A stretch of DNA of 64,000 nt, from positions 3,090,689 through 3,154,688 of the forward strand of contig CM074809.1 of NCBI GenBank assembly GCA_037447605.1. Reading direction: 5' to 3'. Each line of letters begins with the position of its first letter. Within the stretch, counting starts at the first letter, position 1. Shown here one piece after another: positions 1 to 14,300 of this stretch. A program made the translations under genes and the position numbers. This stretch comes from Zygnema circumcarinatum SAG 698-1b (taxonomy: Eukaryota > Plantae > Zygnematophyceae). A model generated the notes under the pieces. The model saw only the letters and a list, made by a program, of their open reading frames with translations. It was not told where the DNA came from and searched no databases.

Positions 1-1392
1 GCCGTATATGTACACCCTCTTCCGGGAAGCCGCAACTGAGGGAACACCATTAATGCGCCCTCTGTGGATGGAATTCCCAGCGGAAAATACCACCTTTGCT
101 AGAGAATACTGTTTCTTGCTTGGGCCTGCACTTCTCGTTCGCCCAATAACAGAACCTGTGAGTCCTTATCCTAAAGCAAGCCCCACAACGGGGGCACGGT
201 CGATCATTGTTTTTACTGTTTCACTGTCTGGTTGGCCAGTTTGGGAAACGTCAGGCATGTTCATATTGGGATGGGATTCGTTATGAAGGGCCATAATTGC
301 ATTGTTCTGGCCTCGTCTATTGACTCCAGTGAGTGAATCTCACATCTGGAGAGTTCTGTTTGTATGGGGTGGGGTACGAATTGAACTCAGGATGCAAAAT
401 CAGCAGAGGTTTACTTTCCTGGCGGTGAGCCATGGTATCACTTCAAATCAGGAGAGCAGTATGCCGGTGGCTCTGATCACACTCTTCAGATTCCAGTGAA
501 TGGGCTGGAGACAGTCCTTGCATTTCAGAGGGCAGGGACGATCATCTCTCGAAAGGATCGGACACGAAGAAGCTCAACGCAGATGGAATTAGATCCGTAC
601 ACTCTGGTGAGGGGGCTCATGGGATCATTAATATTCGATCAAAAAACTTCATCCATAATGTCAAGGGTGGAGAAGAGCAGTGATGAATGAAGGGGTAATG
701 TTGTTGTTAAAGCGGAGATCTTACGACCATTCATTCATCTTAGTGCGATGTGGTTTGGAAGCATTTTTTTTGGTTGGAGTCCCTGGTTTGATGTTTGGAG
801 AGTGGATGCAGGTGGTGGCACTCGACAGTCAATACCGGGCCGAAGGCGAGCTCTACATTGATGATGGAAAAAGCTATGAGTTTGAGAAGGGAGCATACAT
901 TCACAGGCATTTCACATTTGCTGGTGGGAAATTGGAATCCAAAGCTGTTCCCAAACCACACACGGCAACCAGTAGCTTCAAGAGCTCCTGCAAGGTGGAG
1001 CGCATTATTGTACTTGGGCTTCCTCAAGATATCCTGCAGCAGGAGAGGCGTGCTCTGGTAGAGAGCAGGGAGATTGAGGTACGTATCACTTTGACTCTGC
1101 ACAGTTCTTGAAGTTTGGCATGTCAGTTCAACTGCTTCCAATAAAGCAGGCAGACCCAAAAGGAACTAGTCTTCTCTGAGTGAATGACTTGATTGTACTG
1201 CTCTGAAAGTAGGCAGACGCACTATACATATCTCTACATGGATGTTCCCCACTCACGTCATATGTGGCTATCTGACAGGAGGAGCCGGGGCCCGCCTTCC
1301 TGCGGCAAGACGTGCCAATGGCAGCCCTCGTGGTCCGCTTACCCAATGTTCGCATCGATGAAGATTGGAGCATCACAATTTTTGACGTCTGA
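1..1392 (+). CDS. GANAB: Glucosidase II alpha subunit (GH31), 3' part; 5'-truncated by the window edge
   Basis: Exons 1-157, 391-606, 812-1078 and 1279-1392 join in frame at GT-AG sites. They give PLMRPLWMEFP...LLGPALLVRP, VYFPGGEPWY, FQRAGTIISRKDRTRRSSTQM, AEGELYIDDG and a C-terminal VVRLPNVRIDEDWSITIFDV*, all typical of the GH31 glucosidase II alpha C-terminus. Confidence 0.92.
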
Positions 1393-2352
1393 CAACAGTC
1401 AGGGTAGACCCAATTGTACATCCGCGGAGTCATCTTTAAGCCGAAAGCAGCCGATCAGATGAACCGGTGTTCCTTTCTCTTGATCCCATTTGTGGCCCTG
1501 GACATGTGGTCGCCGCTTATAAATGAATGAATTATTATGTGCAGTCATTCCTTTTGTTTGCGTTTGGCTGCTTAGCAGAAATTCCTTGGATCCCGTGTTC
1601 AATGAAATTAAACATTCAGTAACATTTTGCCAACATTAGTATGCTGACATGCGACATGCTACATTCCGCAAACAGCCTAGTGGCAGAGGAGAGGCGCATA
1701 GCTCTCGGGCCCACCCAAAGCATGCTCTCGCCATCTATCGTGCCCACTAGCCAACAACCATGTGCCCATTGGCCCCAACTTTTTCCCAGTGCCCATCTTT
1801 TGGTGGCAAATTCTCAACTCAGCCATTACGATGAGTGCAGAGGAGAGAATTTAATCTCCATAGAAACTAATGTCTTAAGTAAAAATCTGGCATTGGTTTC
1901 ACGTTGGGGAGACCATTAAAAAGGGCCATCCAAGGGCCATGTAAGGGTAAGTCGTTACCACTCGAGCGCAGCGCCGCGGATTGGCCGCGGAGGGTCTGGA
2001 AACAGGGCCGCTGCGCGCCGCTCGGATGGATTCAAACGACGCTCGCAGCCGTTAGGCGTCGCGTAGGAGAGAGGAGGAGAGGGAGAGGGGAGAGAGGGAG
2101 AAAGGGAGAGAACGGGAGAGGCGAGGGAGAGAGAGCTGAAGGGACGGCGGGAGAGAGGGAGAGCGAGAGAGAGGAGAGGGAGAGAGAGGTGAAGGGAGGG
2201 AGGCTGTGGCTGTGGCTGTTGCGAGGTTAGGCCGAATAGGCGGGGACAGGGGCGAGTAGGGGAAGTTAGGAGAAGAGGTGAGGGAGGAGATTGAACGGCA
2301 GCAAGCAGCAGCAGGAGTAGGAGTAGGAGTAGGGGCGGGAGGAGGAGCAGCC

Positions 2353-5300
2353 ATGAGCTTCGCTTTTCGAGGAGGGAGGGGAGATCTCGAGACGGGGAAC
2401 TTGTTTGCAATTCCCACGGATCGGCGGCTGGTACGATTCCTTTGCTCTGAGGGAGTGCTATGTATTCGTAAGGACGATGCGGCTTTGAAAGCAGGTGTCT
2501 GAAATGTGGGCATGTTTGTCTGCCACTGAAATATGTAGCAAAGGAGTCCTTTTTGTGGGCCCTGCCGTGGATGGACGGTTGATTCCAAAAGGTATGACAG
2601 GTGGATGCCCTTCACGCGTTATATTTCACGTGGGGGTATTTTATCTGGAGTGCTCTCGTTGCATACAGACTTCAGAATTTACAGGGACTTTAATTTGGTT
2701 ATTGGTATGCATAGGTAGTTCATCCTTTCCTTTGCACCTGTCCTCCCTTTTACTCGTTCCAGTGTGCATCCTGCAGCCTCCCCTTCCTCGAAGGTGGCTA
2801 TCAAACATTTAAGCAGCAGTTGACAATTGTTTGCGCAACAGTATAGAGGGCTGTCAGAATTGATATATGGGTGGCAACGGGGACTGGGAAGCAGCTGAGT
2901 CCTGATTATTCCTGCAGATATTTTACGCTTGACTGCACTGTCAGGAGCAGAAAAGGGTAGCTTGATTTCGAAGGAAAAGTTTGATGGACTATGGTCGGGA
3001 AACTTCATTTTGCGACTTTCTGGATTAGGTCTATCGTCAAGTCGCTTTTTGGCTCATTAGCAAGCCAAGAAAAACGATTGTTATGGGAGCAGGGTAATAT
3101 GGGGTTGTCGTCAGACAGCAGATTAACGCAGAAAATAGGCTTAAGTGTAGTGAACTCGACATCCCATTGCCGGCGGTATTTCCATGCTATTCATGCTGCA
3201 AACAGCTTTTTTCATATAGTTTTTGGCACAACGACACACGTTTTGTGGGTAGTCCACCTATCAGTGATTAGTTATTAGACATGTCTCGAAGGAAAGGCCG
3301 CTTTTGTCCACGGCGTAACCATGTCTCATGCGAAAATGCATAGAATATCATTCTGCAGGACCTAAACTACATTCAAATCCTCAAGAGCCAAATTCTTTTT
3401 CGTTTGGATGCTCTTTGTTCTCTACCATCAGAAAAAGTGTGTGATTAGATTGTTCGAGGCTTCTGATGCTACACAAATGTATGCAAGTATCGGTGTGTGG
3501 ATTCTTGCAAAATTCTTACTCTGGCTATTCATTTCGAAGCTCCTAGACTGAGCAGCGAACTTCCCATTCACTTGCAAACCGCGATCAGTGACATGCTTTA
3601 GTACTATTTGACTTTGCCACGTTTTTTAGGGTATTCAAACCACGCTGTGTTGCTCTTCTATGGGGGATAGCTTGTACACCTAAAGTGTGATGAAGGGCAG
3701 GAAGCGTTTTCGAATGGCATGAACGCGCTTCCATCGACTATGTCATTGACAGCGGTAAGCTATCGTATGGTGCATACCTTTCTCACCCAATTTCCTGCTC
3801 TGAACTTTGACTGTGTGAGCAGAGAATTCATGGAGGAGGTGGGCGAGTGGTGGCGATCAGCCCCAACCCTTTGGCTTTTCTGGCCACAAGTTAGTCACTG
3901 ACTCATGACTACTCCCCTTCCTTTCCCAGTTTGTGCTACTCCCGCAACTGTCGTAAAATTGCGATGTAGGACCGAGCAGGACATCGCACTTTTGATTCTC
4001 GGAAAGCTGCAATTCGTCATTGCAGTTTTCTGATTAGGGCTTTGAGCGCTTTCAAGTGAAGCTCATGTACCATACTTGCGCAGATTTTCTGTTGTAAGTG
4101 TCCTTGCAATTGTGTAATCCAAGCTTCCATTGCAAGGCATTGCTATCGAGGTTGACCTTTAGTGACTTTTGGATGCGTTGTACTTGACATTTGCAGTTCT
4201 TATTATCTTCATGTTGTTGAACTCCCGTCAGTCGCCAACATTTCTGGTGAGTTTAAAAGGCTTTCAAGTAATGACCAGCACCCCGGATCAAGCCTTTATG
4301 TTTGTCATTCTTTCACCTGCTTTTCTCCGAAGAGCCATCCTCCTGTCTGTATGCCAATGCCTGGGATGGAAGGTCGCATGAAGTGGGCTCACTTTAATGG
4401 ATGGCATGCTCTGTTTGGCCCGTTCCATACCATCAATATTCGTTTGCACCTACTGCTTAAAAGGGTACATCAACATCAAATGAACTTTGCTTCAGGTGCA
4501 AATTAATAATCGCTACTACGAGTGTTTGCACTGCACTCTACAACCCATCAAATCTGATACCAAAGACTAATGTCTGTTAACGAATATCGCCGGTGGGTTG
4601 GCAGCTGTGGCTGGGAATGGGAATCTTCCTGCTCGCAACTTGCCTCCGCATGGTTGCGACGTGGCAGCAGATCCACACTCAGATGCAGGTTCAAGGAGCT
4701 CTTGCAAACAGCTTTGCCTCCTCTGGGGTGCCGCCGGAAATTAGGTTTAGGGTTGGTCCGGCCTTGAGTTTGGGAGGCCCGCGAAGCCGTCTGCAGGCAC
4801 TGGGCTTGCAGCTCGCTCTGCTTGATCGTGACCTCACGGAATCTGACTACGAGGTTCTTAGAGCGTTGGATTCGGACAATCCTCCGGGAGTAGCAGGCAT
4901 GGCCCCACATGAAATCAATCGGCTGCCTACATACAAGTACAAAAGGAGTATGGGGTCACTTCAAGGGTAAGTCTGGCGAATGATTGGTACATGAATTGGA
5001 GACGGGGCGATAGACACTGTCGAATGAACTATCGGTTGGTGATTTTTAGTCGCATTGAGTTTGTTTAATGGAGAACGAATGTGAGAGAGATACTATGCGA
5101 GAATCTAAGGTTGGAGTGGGTTTGGGATGCGCGTTTTGCAGAGAGGGAAACCGGTCGCCGTCGTTGGGTTTCCAACAGAATACAAACGCAGGGGCACAGG
5201 TGGTAACGGAGCAGGTAAAGGCGTCTTTTTTTGTGGGTTGTCCTATTGATCTCTGGAAGGATATTGGATATGGCAGTCTGGGCAAGATCTGCACCTTGCG

Positions 5301-5855
5301 GTGTACACGATGCTTTTTTTAAAGTTAAACCAATTTGATGCGTGCTTTGTGTATGCGTGACGTAGGCCGATGTATTGAGCAACAACGCCATTGGAAATGC
5401 AGCTGGGTGGTCCTGTTGCTAATATTGCTCGTAAATGGGTTGCTTGCGATGCCAGGTGTCAGGAGATGATGGGTTGGGCAAAGTGTTTGAAGCTCGGAAA
5501 ACGCAAGAATGCACAGTGTGTTTGGAGCAGCTGGAGGAGGCCGACACCATGCGCATTTTGCCATGCCTGCATCAGGTGAGCTGCGCTTTGGCTTCCTAGA
5601 GGCTGTCTTGCAAACAGACTTTGAAGCATTTTGTTAGTGTTCCTGGTGTCGAGTATTAGGCAATTTTCGAAGTACAGTTTGTAAAAGCAATCTTACCTTA
5701 CTTGGGAAGCTCGCTTTGACACGTGTGTGCAGTTCCATGCAAGCTGTATAGACCAATGGCTGTCGCAACAGGCCACATGTCCAATGTGCAAGCACCGCCT
5801 CGTGACCACACTCCCAGAGAACAATGCGCCTGGGAATCCTCTAAACAGAGTATGA
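2353..5855 (+). CDS. SDIR1: SDIR1-like membrane RING-H2 E3 ubiquitin ligase
   Basis: Exon 1 (2353-2430) encodes MSFAFRGGRGDLETG. Exons 4197-4246 and 4605-4966 encode two hydrophobic segments plus LQLALLDRDLTESDYEVLRALDSDN. The RING-H2 CTVCLEQLEEADTMRILPCLHQ|FHASCIDQWLSQQATCPMCK is split by an intron near 5577-5733; stop at 5853-5855. One small internal exon was not resolved. Confidence 0.88.
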
Positions 5856-6680
5856 GGCGACACCCCGAACACGCTGTATATGGCATTGAACAAAGAAATT
5901 TGCATTGAACTGTTTCTACGTGTAGCATCTGGCTTCACATATAAAAGAAAGGGAGTAGAAAGTGCGTCCATACTTGTAGGCGCGTGATTGGAGGGGTCGA
6001 AACCTGCAAAAGATCTGAATTGAAGAATTTTTTGGGGCTTGGCCATTCGGCGGAGCCCCATAGGTGGAACGGGAGTGACTACGAGAGAGAGGATTTAGGC
6101 TTTCTGCAATTACAGGTAGAATTGAAGACTCGGCATAGTGAAGGGGCTGTACCATAGGGGTGAGGCATGGGCGATATTCTTTATTCAATCCTTTTCTACG
6201 TGGATGAAACCATTCACATTTTTTTTGCCATTTCACCACTCTTTTCAACGTGTTCCATGGATTGATTTGCTGCACTCAATCCGCATTCTGTTGCCTTGAG
6301 TCATGTGCTATTTCTATGCTATTTGTTTTGCTCGTTTTCATACCAACGAATGTAAAGACTCATCCTGAGTTCGAAGCAAAGCTCAGAGCTGCATAAAGTC
6401 AACACAGCAGTTTACCTCGAGGCATCATCTCTCTTGAAGTCAACATAGGGAGCTTTACCTCTTATGGTCAACAAATGGCACTTCACCTTCATTAGCAAGA
6501 AGGGTACTAAAGCCACGATAATTTCCAGGAACACAAGGTGAAAAACCGCCATAGAATAAGACTGCACTATAACGTTCCCATTATTCCCTTCAACCCTTAA
6601 CAGAATCCTCCAAACCGAGGCGGCAGGTCCAATTTGAACTTTTTGGCCTTATTGCGTTTTAAGTGAGGTAAGAGGAACCC

Positions 6681-9600
6681 TTACGTCGCTTTCCGAGAGT
6701 GTTTCCAGAGATGAAAAGCAGCCAGCACAATCATCCCCGTGCATAGAACGCCCCCGGAAAAGACTACTACGGCTTTCAGATTCTCTCGCCGCAATTCTGA
6801 TTTGAGTTCTATGTACGAAGTGTCACTGTCTATGTCAATCTGCTTAGGCCTGCACAGAGAGGCACTCCCAAAATCATGTTAGAAAGAATACACCACACTA
6901 AAAAGCCCTTTCTATCTCGACATGCCAACGGCAAAAACATTGGTTTCACTCGAAAACTCAGAAAAAGGGTTCACAAAACCTGCATTGTACTGTTGAGTCA
7001 AGAATAACAATGAGCCCTCTTGCAATGCAAAAAGAGGACAAGTACGAATTCACTATTGAAAAAAAATTACAAAAGAGAATCGAAAGACAAAACATAGAAA
7101 CCAAAACTACGGATCTGATAGCGAAAGTGTAGCCTTGACACAAGAACAGGAATAGATACAACAAGTAAATGCTCTGCTTTTCTTGGCCTCACGTTGATGG
7201 CAGATGCTTCGAATAGAGCACTCCTGAAAGAGTGACATTTATCAGAAAGTCATATATCCAACTTTCCCTTTCGGGCTGTCCAGGAATCCGGGCCGGCTGT
7301 GAAGATAGACCTAAATAGACGTATTCTGAAGAAAGCCTATATTATAGACCCTAGACTCATAGAATACTAGCCCTTAGCTCTGAGTGTAAACCCAACATAG
7401 GTAAGAGAAGGTCTGATTCTTCATCAACTACCGATATGTACAGCAAGTCACAAACTACATTCTACCGTTGATTACGAAACAATAAGGAAATATACTGTCG
7501 ATTAAATAGACCTAATAACTGTTCGTACTTATTCGATAACCTACACCTCTAAATTATTTGACGTCCGTAGGGAAGACCTTTGTAAATGGAGCCCTTTTTT
7601 GCCGAACCTTCAGAGAGGCCATGTTTTGGGGTATCACCAAAGAGTCGGAAGGCTCAGAATTTTTTGAAGATTTGACCATTCCAGTCACTCTTTGGCTGTA
7701 TCGAATGCTGCCCAGAGGAGGAAAATTGTTGAAAGCTGAGTTTTGTTCTCTTAATGGTGGAAGCAATCTTGAAAGCAAATAGAAAGTGCCTATAGATCCT
7801 CAAACTCCGGCTTATTTCTATCTTCAAGAAATTCTGACTACAAAACAAGTTTTTCCTAAATCCCAATAGAGGCTGCAATAGGTATTGAAGGTGCACTGTA
7901 TTACAGTAATAGTGAGGTGTATTGAAGGTGCAGGTGCAGTGTAGTTCCGTAATATTCAAAATCGAATGTCAGCTAGCTGCTTGAGGGGGTGTGCGAAGAA
8001 AAAGTGGAAGAAAGGGTGCCAAGAGAGAGAGACTGGGAAGGGAGAGGGGAAGCGAGAGGGGAAGGGAGAGGGGAAGGGAGAGGGGAAGGGAGAGGGGAAG
8101 GGAGAGGGGAAGGGAGGGGAGGAGAGGGGAAGGGGAAGGGTGGGGAGGGGAGAGGGTGTTCTATACAGAAAAGGGTAAGTGAACTCACCCCCACGAGGGT
8201 ACCACTTTTTGTGCCAACGAAAGAACTGTGAATCGGAATACCAGCTGAAGGGAGGAGGTTAGGGGTCTCAAACTCCCGGAAATGGATGCTTCCTCTAACA
8301 GCTCCCTCAATGCATCTAGTTCCGGTTTCCGCTCCACAGTGAACTGCGATAAAGCCTTTGGAATAGCAGAAGATAACTCATCTTTTCCAATAGCCACTTC
8401 TAGCACCTGTGCCCCCCTCTCTCCCGCAACCAGTCACGTGTGAACGTAAGTTAATCAACTTGTTAATGCAAGCCGATGGATTAGCAACAGCTCAACAAAG
8501 GTCCAAGGAGAAGGACCATAAATTGTAGCTAAGTCTGATGGGGTATTGACCTGGTCAAGCAAATCACAGTCTTCCAGAGCAGCATTGCATCCTTCTCCAA
8601 AGGTGCCCGGCAAGGAGTGTGCGGCATCTCCAATAAGGACCACCTTCCCCGAGTGAAAGCGAGAGCAAGTGATGCTTATTCCAGAAACCCATTTTTCTTT
8701 TGCAACAATGTCAGCAAATTGCCGATTATCTTGCGTGTACAGCTTAAGAAGCTCCGGAAACTCGCTTCTGCAAAACCAGATGAGACCGTCTTGAGACATG
8801 TTTGAGGTTCCCTGCATCGCATAAACTTGCAGATGTGCAGTTACACGAGTGATGTTTAAGGGAGAATCGCTCACTCCATGAATGCCGTCACGTCGTCGCT
8901 GTAAGTTAACATTTGCGCTCGAAGTCGTCGGGTAGTAGGAATATTCAATATTCCGTAGAAGCATCCGTCAGATTTCGGAATCCCCATAATGAGAGCTCCA
9001 GTTTTGCTAGTGAAGAGTTGAATTCCGTGAGCATTTCCAAGCATGTCAGATTTCCGAACTTGGTCCGCAGAGAGGGGAGGCAATTGCTTGTACTTGCTTG
9101 CAAGGCTCTTTTGAACAAAGGCATGTCTGCATAGCAAAGATGGAATTTGTCCAAAAGTGCGGTCAAAATCGATGCAAACCCAGTATGTTTCGAGTGCCTA
9201 ACCAAAAACCTCGGAGGGGAGGGGTAAGCTCATGGCAATGCTTTGCGAGAAACAAATTGATTCCTTTGAGTATGCAGAACAACTTGTCGAGGGGAGATTA
9301 GCGAGACATTTCAAATGGCTGGACAGACGATAACACTTGTCGGACAGAGAACAAAGATACTCTTCAGCATGAGTGCAGAATTTAACCAAGCGTTCAGTTG
9401 GAAAACCAGGGGGAAACACACGAAAAAGGGCAAGGAGCGAGCGGACGGACGTGAGAGGGGGCCGAAAAGCAGCAAAAAGGTAAGGGGAGGAGGAGAGAGC
9501 GCGTAAGCGAGAAAGAGAAAGCAAAGCCGCAACAACTGTGAGAATGTGACATTCGAAAAGTTCTTTTCCAACCACTCTCTCCCACCTTTCATGCTTAGAC

Positions 9601-10208
9601 CCGCCCTTCTCCGCATCCATCCGAACCAGTTCATCGCGCACAGTGCTGACAGTCCCATCCGCCGCCACGAGTAGGTCATAGCCCTGCAGGTCCATGCGGT
9701 CTTCAGGACCCTCCTTCAGATCTCTCATTCCAGCCACCAGCCTCTGCTCAGTCTCCTCGGTTCGACTTCTTGTTCTTCGAAACCGTGCAACCTCCCCTTC
9801 ATCCTCCAAAGCATAGAGAGTCCAGCCCATATGAACCCTAATTCTGCTCGACTTATGATTCTGCGCTTCCTGAAGCAGAAAATTTGCAAGTTCATTCCTT
9901 CCCACTGCCGACTTTGGCTGAGAGGCATCAAATGCCTGAAAATTCTTCGTTCCGCCACCATGTACGCTGAAGCCCTTGAGAGGAAGCGCCAAATCTGGAG
10001 GCAGCTCAAGGCCTGCTTGTCTGAGCGCCTTTAAAGCCCGAATATTCAGCACATATACAGGCGTTTTCTTTTCGCTGAGAATAGAAAAGTCTGGAATCCG
10101 TTCTACCAAGTCGACACGAAACCCGCGATTTGCGAGAAAGATCGACATAAGCGATCCTGCCGGACCCGCACCCACCACCACGGCTGAAGGGCTGTTCTGT
10201 TGATCCAT
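6681..10208 (-). CDS. FAD-dependent monooxygenase, kynurenine 3-monooxygenase-like, with C-terminal membrane anchor
   Basis: Contains the Rossmann motif VVVGAGPAG, YDLLVAADG, and VVLIGDAAHSLPGTFGEGCNAALEDC. The exon ending ...VPSW(gg) near 8190 splices in phase to a terminal exon at 6681-6849 (PKQIDIDSDTSY...AVVVFSGGVLCTGMIVLAAFHLWKHSRKAT*). Confidence 0.85.
8035..8150. repeat. Purine-rich 12-bp tandem repeat (GGGAGAGGGGAA)n in an intron
   Basis: About 6-8 copies read directly; it explains the GEGK/PSPL ORFs in the track. Confidence 0.8.
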
Positions 10209-11384
10209 GGATGTCAAAATATTTGAAGAAGGCCCTGCACAGACAAGTAATGCATTTCGACTGAGTTCCCGGTGAAAAAGGAAGTCTTCTGAACAACTCC
10301 TTAAAAGAAAGCTCATGACACGCAGTTTATGCAAAAAAAAATAACAAATTGAACGAGCTGCAGGGTAGCAATACTGAGGTGTGGCAAACTAACAGAGTGG
10401 GAGCAACTGCCTGGTCCGAAACAAAGAGTTGGTTTCATAACGTTAAGAAAGAAAAGGGACTGCTTGTCGAATAGTAAAGGAAAACATAGAAGAGATTTTA
10501 TGGCTCAATTTGCTCAATATACTCAAGCCCTCACGACTCACGTCATCAAGAAAAGAGCCTTTCATTATGCATCACATCACTCTCTTTCCTCTTTCCTATT
10601 CTTTTTACGTTCCTTCACTCACTCCCCTAAGCTCCCTTCCAGCACTTTTATCCCTTCAAGTAACACTTTCTTCCAAAAAGCAAGCTTACTCATACCGGCT
10701 AGCCTCTGCCTTCTCCATTATTATTCCTTCACCTCCTTACCCTCTCACTTCCCTCCCTCCCCGACCTACTCGAACACTGCCTTCCCTCACTCACACATGC
10801 CAACCCCCTCCCTCCTTTAACACCAAATTCAACGCAAAAACCTCCCCTTCGCCCTCAATCTCACCTCTCCGAGGACGTGGACGCAAATAAAACCTCAGCA
10901 CCCGTCACTCGTCCCCCTTCCTCCTCCTCCCCCTCCCCCTCCTCCTCCGTTGCCGCTCCCCTCTCCCCTTCCATGGTGCCGCCCTCTCCCTCTTCAAAGG
11001 CCTCCTCCCCTCCAAGTGGGCGCCATCCAAAGGGCCCTTCTCATCCGTACATCCATGGTCATTCCGTACACCCGTGACCATTTCTTACACTTTCCGCACT
11101 GTACCGTGTCGTACGAAATTGCGACTTCGCCGTTCGCACATAGAATCAGCTGCAGCAGTTACGGAGCTGCCCGCGGGCAGCAGGAAAATGAAATCTTTCT
11201 GCCACGTGGCGAGCGCTGCCGCTCCCTGCCACGAGGAGGACAGCGGCCGGCGGGCGGGGCAGGGCAGAGGGCAGCCATGGCCATGGCGGGGGCGGGGGTC
11301 TTCCTAAGGACGTTGCTGCGGAGGCCGAGAGGCGCCATGCCGGCGGAGAGTTAGGGTTTTCCAGGGGCGGGGAGACGACGGCTG

Positions 11385-14300
11385 ATGGCGCGGGTGCTGC
11401 GCAGCCTGTTGGGGCTGCAAAGGCGGCCGCTGCTGGCAGGAGCGCTGCTTTTTGCAGGGGCGGGAGGGACAGCTGTCGCGCTCACAGAGGCCGATCCCAG
11501 CCGGCAGCCGGATGGCCGGATCGGAGGATTTGTGGCGGGAGGACAGGGGATTCTGCGGTCCACACGAGCCATCAGAACTGTATGGCTGCTCGCTCCTGTC
11601 TGTATTGGATGCGCAAGGAATTTGAATTTGGAGCTTGGTATGTCGAGATGATTGTCGGCTGTCGGAGGTCTTTCTCTCTCTCCCTCTCCCCTCCCCCCTC
11701 TCTCTCACTCTCCCCCGCTCGCTCTCGTTCTCGCTCTCGCTCTCTCTCCCTCTCTCTCGGCTATCAGAGGTACCTGTGAAGTAGGCGAATCCGTGAACTG
11801 GATGAGCAAGAGGTGGCGGAATGAAGTTATTGGGAGATATGTTAGGCCGAATTCTGAGCACTGCAGCCTATAGTCTGCATGCCACCGGCGAATTTTGGGT
11901 TAGGAGCTATTGCTCTGCATCGACCATGTCGATTCTCACTTTCTAATTGAGCTGGCTGTTGGGATTAGCTTGACTACTTTTTGTGTTCGAAAAACGATAA
12001 ACAGTAGTGGAATTGGTACGAGAGCAGTCATAATACACAGCACGGCGCCACTCTCCAGGGTGCACCACCGCGCTCGCGGGATAAAGGGTTTCAGTTTCGG
12101 CTGCGCGATTACGCTTGAGCTGAACACAGTTTGATCTGGCACTAGTGATTGTTGGATTTTATTATTGGGCATCGTTTGATCCGGGCCGAAAAACACTTGC
12201 AAGACCGGTTCCTTAGAGATAGTACTGAGAATTCTTCCCTGACAATCTGCAGTTTGTCCGAATGAGGGAAAGTAACGCACTATTGTAGGAATTCCAGTAT
12301 TTTCAACCACTGCCAATAAACTTTTCCTTAGCTTTGCCATTTTCTCTTTCTTTTTTTTCTTTCCTTAGTTCAGAATTCTGCAATTCAAATTCAACGACGG
12401 AAACTTATGCTTTGCGTGACTTAAATTAAGAGGACTAGTAACTGGCCCATTGTTATGGGTTGTATGAGGTAGATTTTGCTATCATGCATGGAAGCAGGCT
12501 GCAGTACTTCTTCCGCTTGCATGGTATTTCACTGAACTCGTCAGAATCTCTGGAGGTACCCCACTTCAAGTAAATCTATCGGGCAACTATTTGGCAGGTC
12601 ATTGATGTATTCTTCGCTGTGTTGCTTCTTATGTTGGAGCAGTTTGCTGTGAACAGCTTCGACTATAAGTACACGCTTCTGAAGGTGACCATTAAAGGAG
12701 AAGCCAAGAAGAAGAACCCAGAATACAGCAACAAAATCAAGTCAGAGGTTGGCACACACTCACTTTTAGTTCTGGGAACCATCAGTCTCCATGACGTTTC
12801 ACGAGCTCGTTAGGCTTTGTAGTCCTATGTCTCATTTGTTAGTATATACGAAAGTTACTAGTGGTGTGGCTCCGAGCTCTTGAAAAGGAGCAACGCAACT
12901 ATTGGAGATCGCAAGCTGGGCAAGAATGGTTAGCAAGCTAAGTATTTGTAAGAATTTGAGTGACTGGTGGCTGTTCGAAGTGAGTCGCAGAAAGTCAAAC
13001 ATCATTATCCTTGGTTGTCCATTTTGCATATCTGGTGAAGATGAGGGAAATTCAAGTATCATTGCAACTGTAGCTCGGTTCTGCTTGAAGCTGTACAACG
13101 CTAGAAGTTACAGAGGCGCCTGTTGATAGCATTTGAATCGTGAATTACGATCATGCGGAAGTTCTTGTTGGTTGCTCCTCGTTCCTTCTACCGGCGAGAC
13201 TCTGCCTGCGAGAGTGAAGACTGCAATAGATATCGGCAGGCACTGATAACAGGCCGAGGGGGGTTTGCAGATTCACCAACGCTCAGCAGAGAGAGTGCTG
13301 AGACTCTGCGAATCCAACCGTGGAATTTACATTAAGGCCGGACAGTTTATGGCGTCTTTGCAACACTTGCCAAAGGAGTACACGACTACACTCGCTGTGC
13401 TGCAAGATCAGGTGGAGCCACTCAAGCTCAACGCATACATTGCTAATATTGGCACCCAATTTGTACATTTGTAAACCTTCTTGGATGCTTCACTTTGGGT
13501 TCTTGCCTTTAGCGATAAGGCTTATGTATCCCTCTAAGCCTGCATTATATAGTTCTGCCTCCACTCATGACTTACGTATCGCAACTACGGTCGTTGGAAC
13601 TCTGGCTTGTAACCTTTCACATGTTTGAATTCTGAAAAGTGTCTCTTTGGAGAGCGTTTTCAGGCACGTGGCCGGCCATTCAAGACCGTTGATAAGTTGC
13701 TGCAAGAGGAGTTTGGCATGCACGCACATGAAATGTGAGGATCGCTCCACTGCCCTTCACTGGGTGGAATGGCTAAGCTAAATATTTTCACCACCATTCT
13801 GTTCTCTGGAAAGCTTACAGATTTGACATAGTTCTCAGAGCGATAAACTCCTTGTGTATGTACTCCGGTGCGTTCCATTTGCTTATAATGCATTCTTTAG
13901 TGGTTCATTTGGCTGCATTTACTTGTTAAGCTCCAACTTTACCAGGACTTCTCCTAGAAGAGGAGCAAATTTATTAAGGTGTAGCTGAGCATGTATTTGG
14001 AGATATAGACGGAATGCCGAGACATAAGAAGTGTTCAATATCTTGAAATTAGTTGTTCCAAGTGAAAGTAACCATACTCCTTAGCCCTTGCAGATTTGCT
14101 GAGTTTGAGGAGGTTCCGATCGCCGCTGCCTCGCTGGCACAGGTCCATCGCGCAAAGCTGAAAGATGGGAGGGAGGTGGCGGTGAAGGTACACTCCAACT
14201 CGATTCCTTTCTCCGGAATTGCTTGATTGTCATAGTATTCATCCAAAGGATCAAACTCAAATGGGACTCTTTGTGGTTGCTGGTTGACTAGAGGTGTTGC

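Noticed and set aside
1904-2615. Several 100-190 aa ORFs around the SDIR1 5' end, and similar ORFs at 10460-11350, 25570-26630 and 37450-38120
   Set aside because: Low-complexity GA/CT-rich promoter, UTR or intron sequence, or antisense to real exons.
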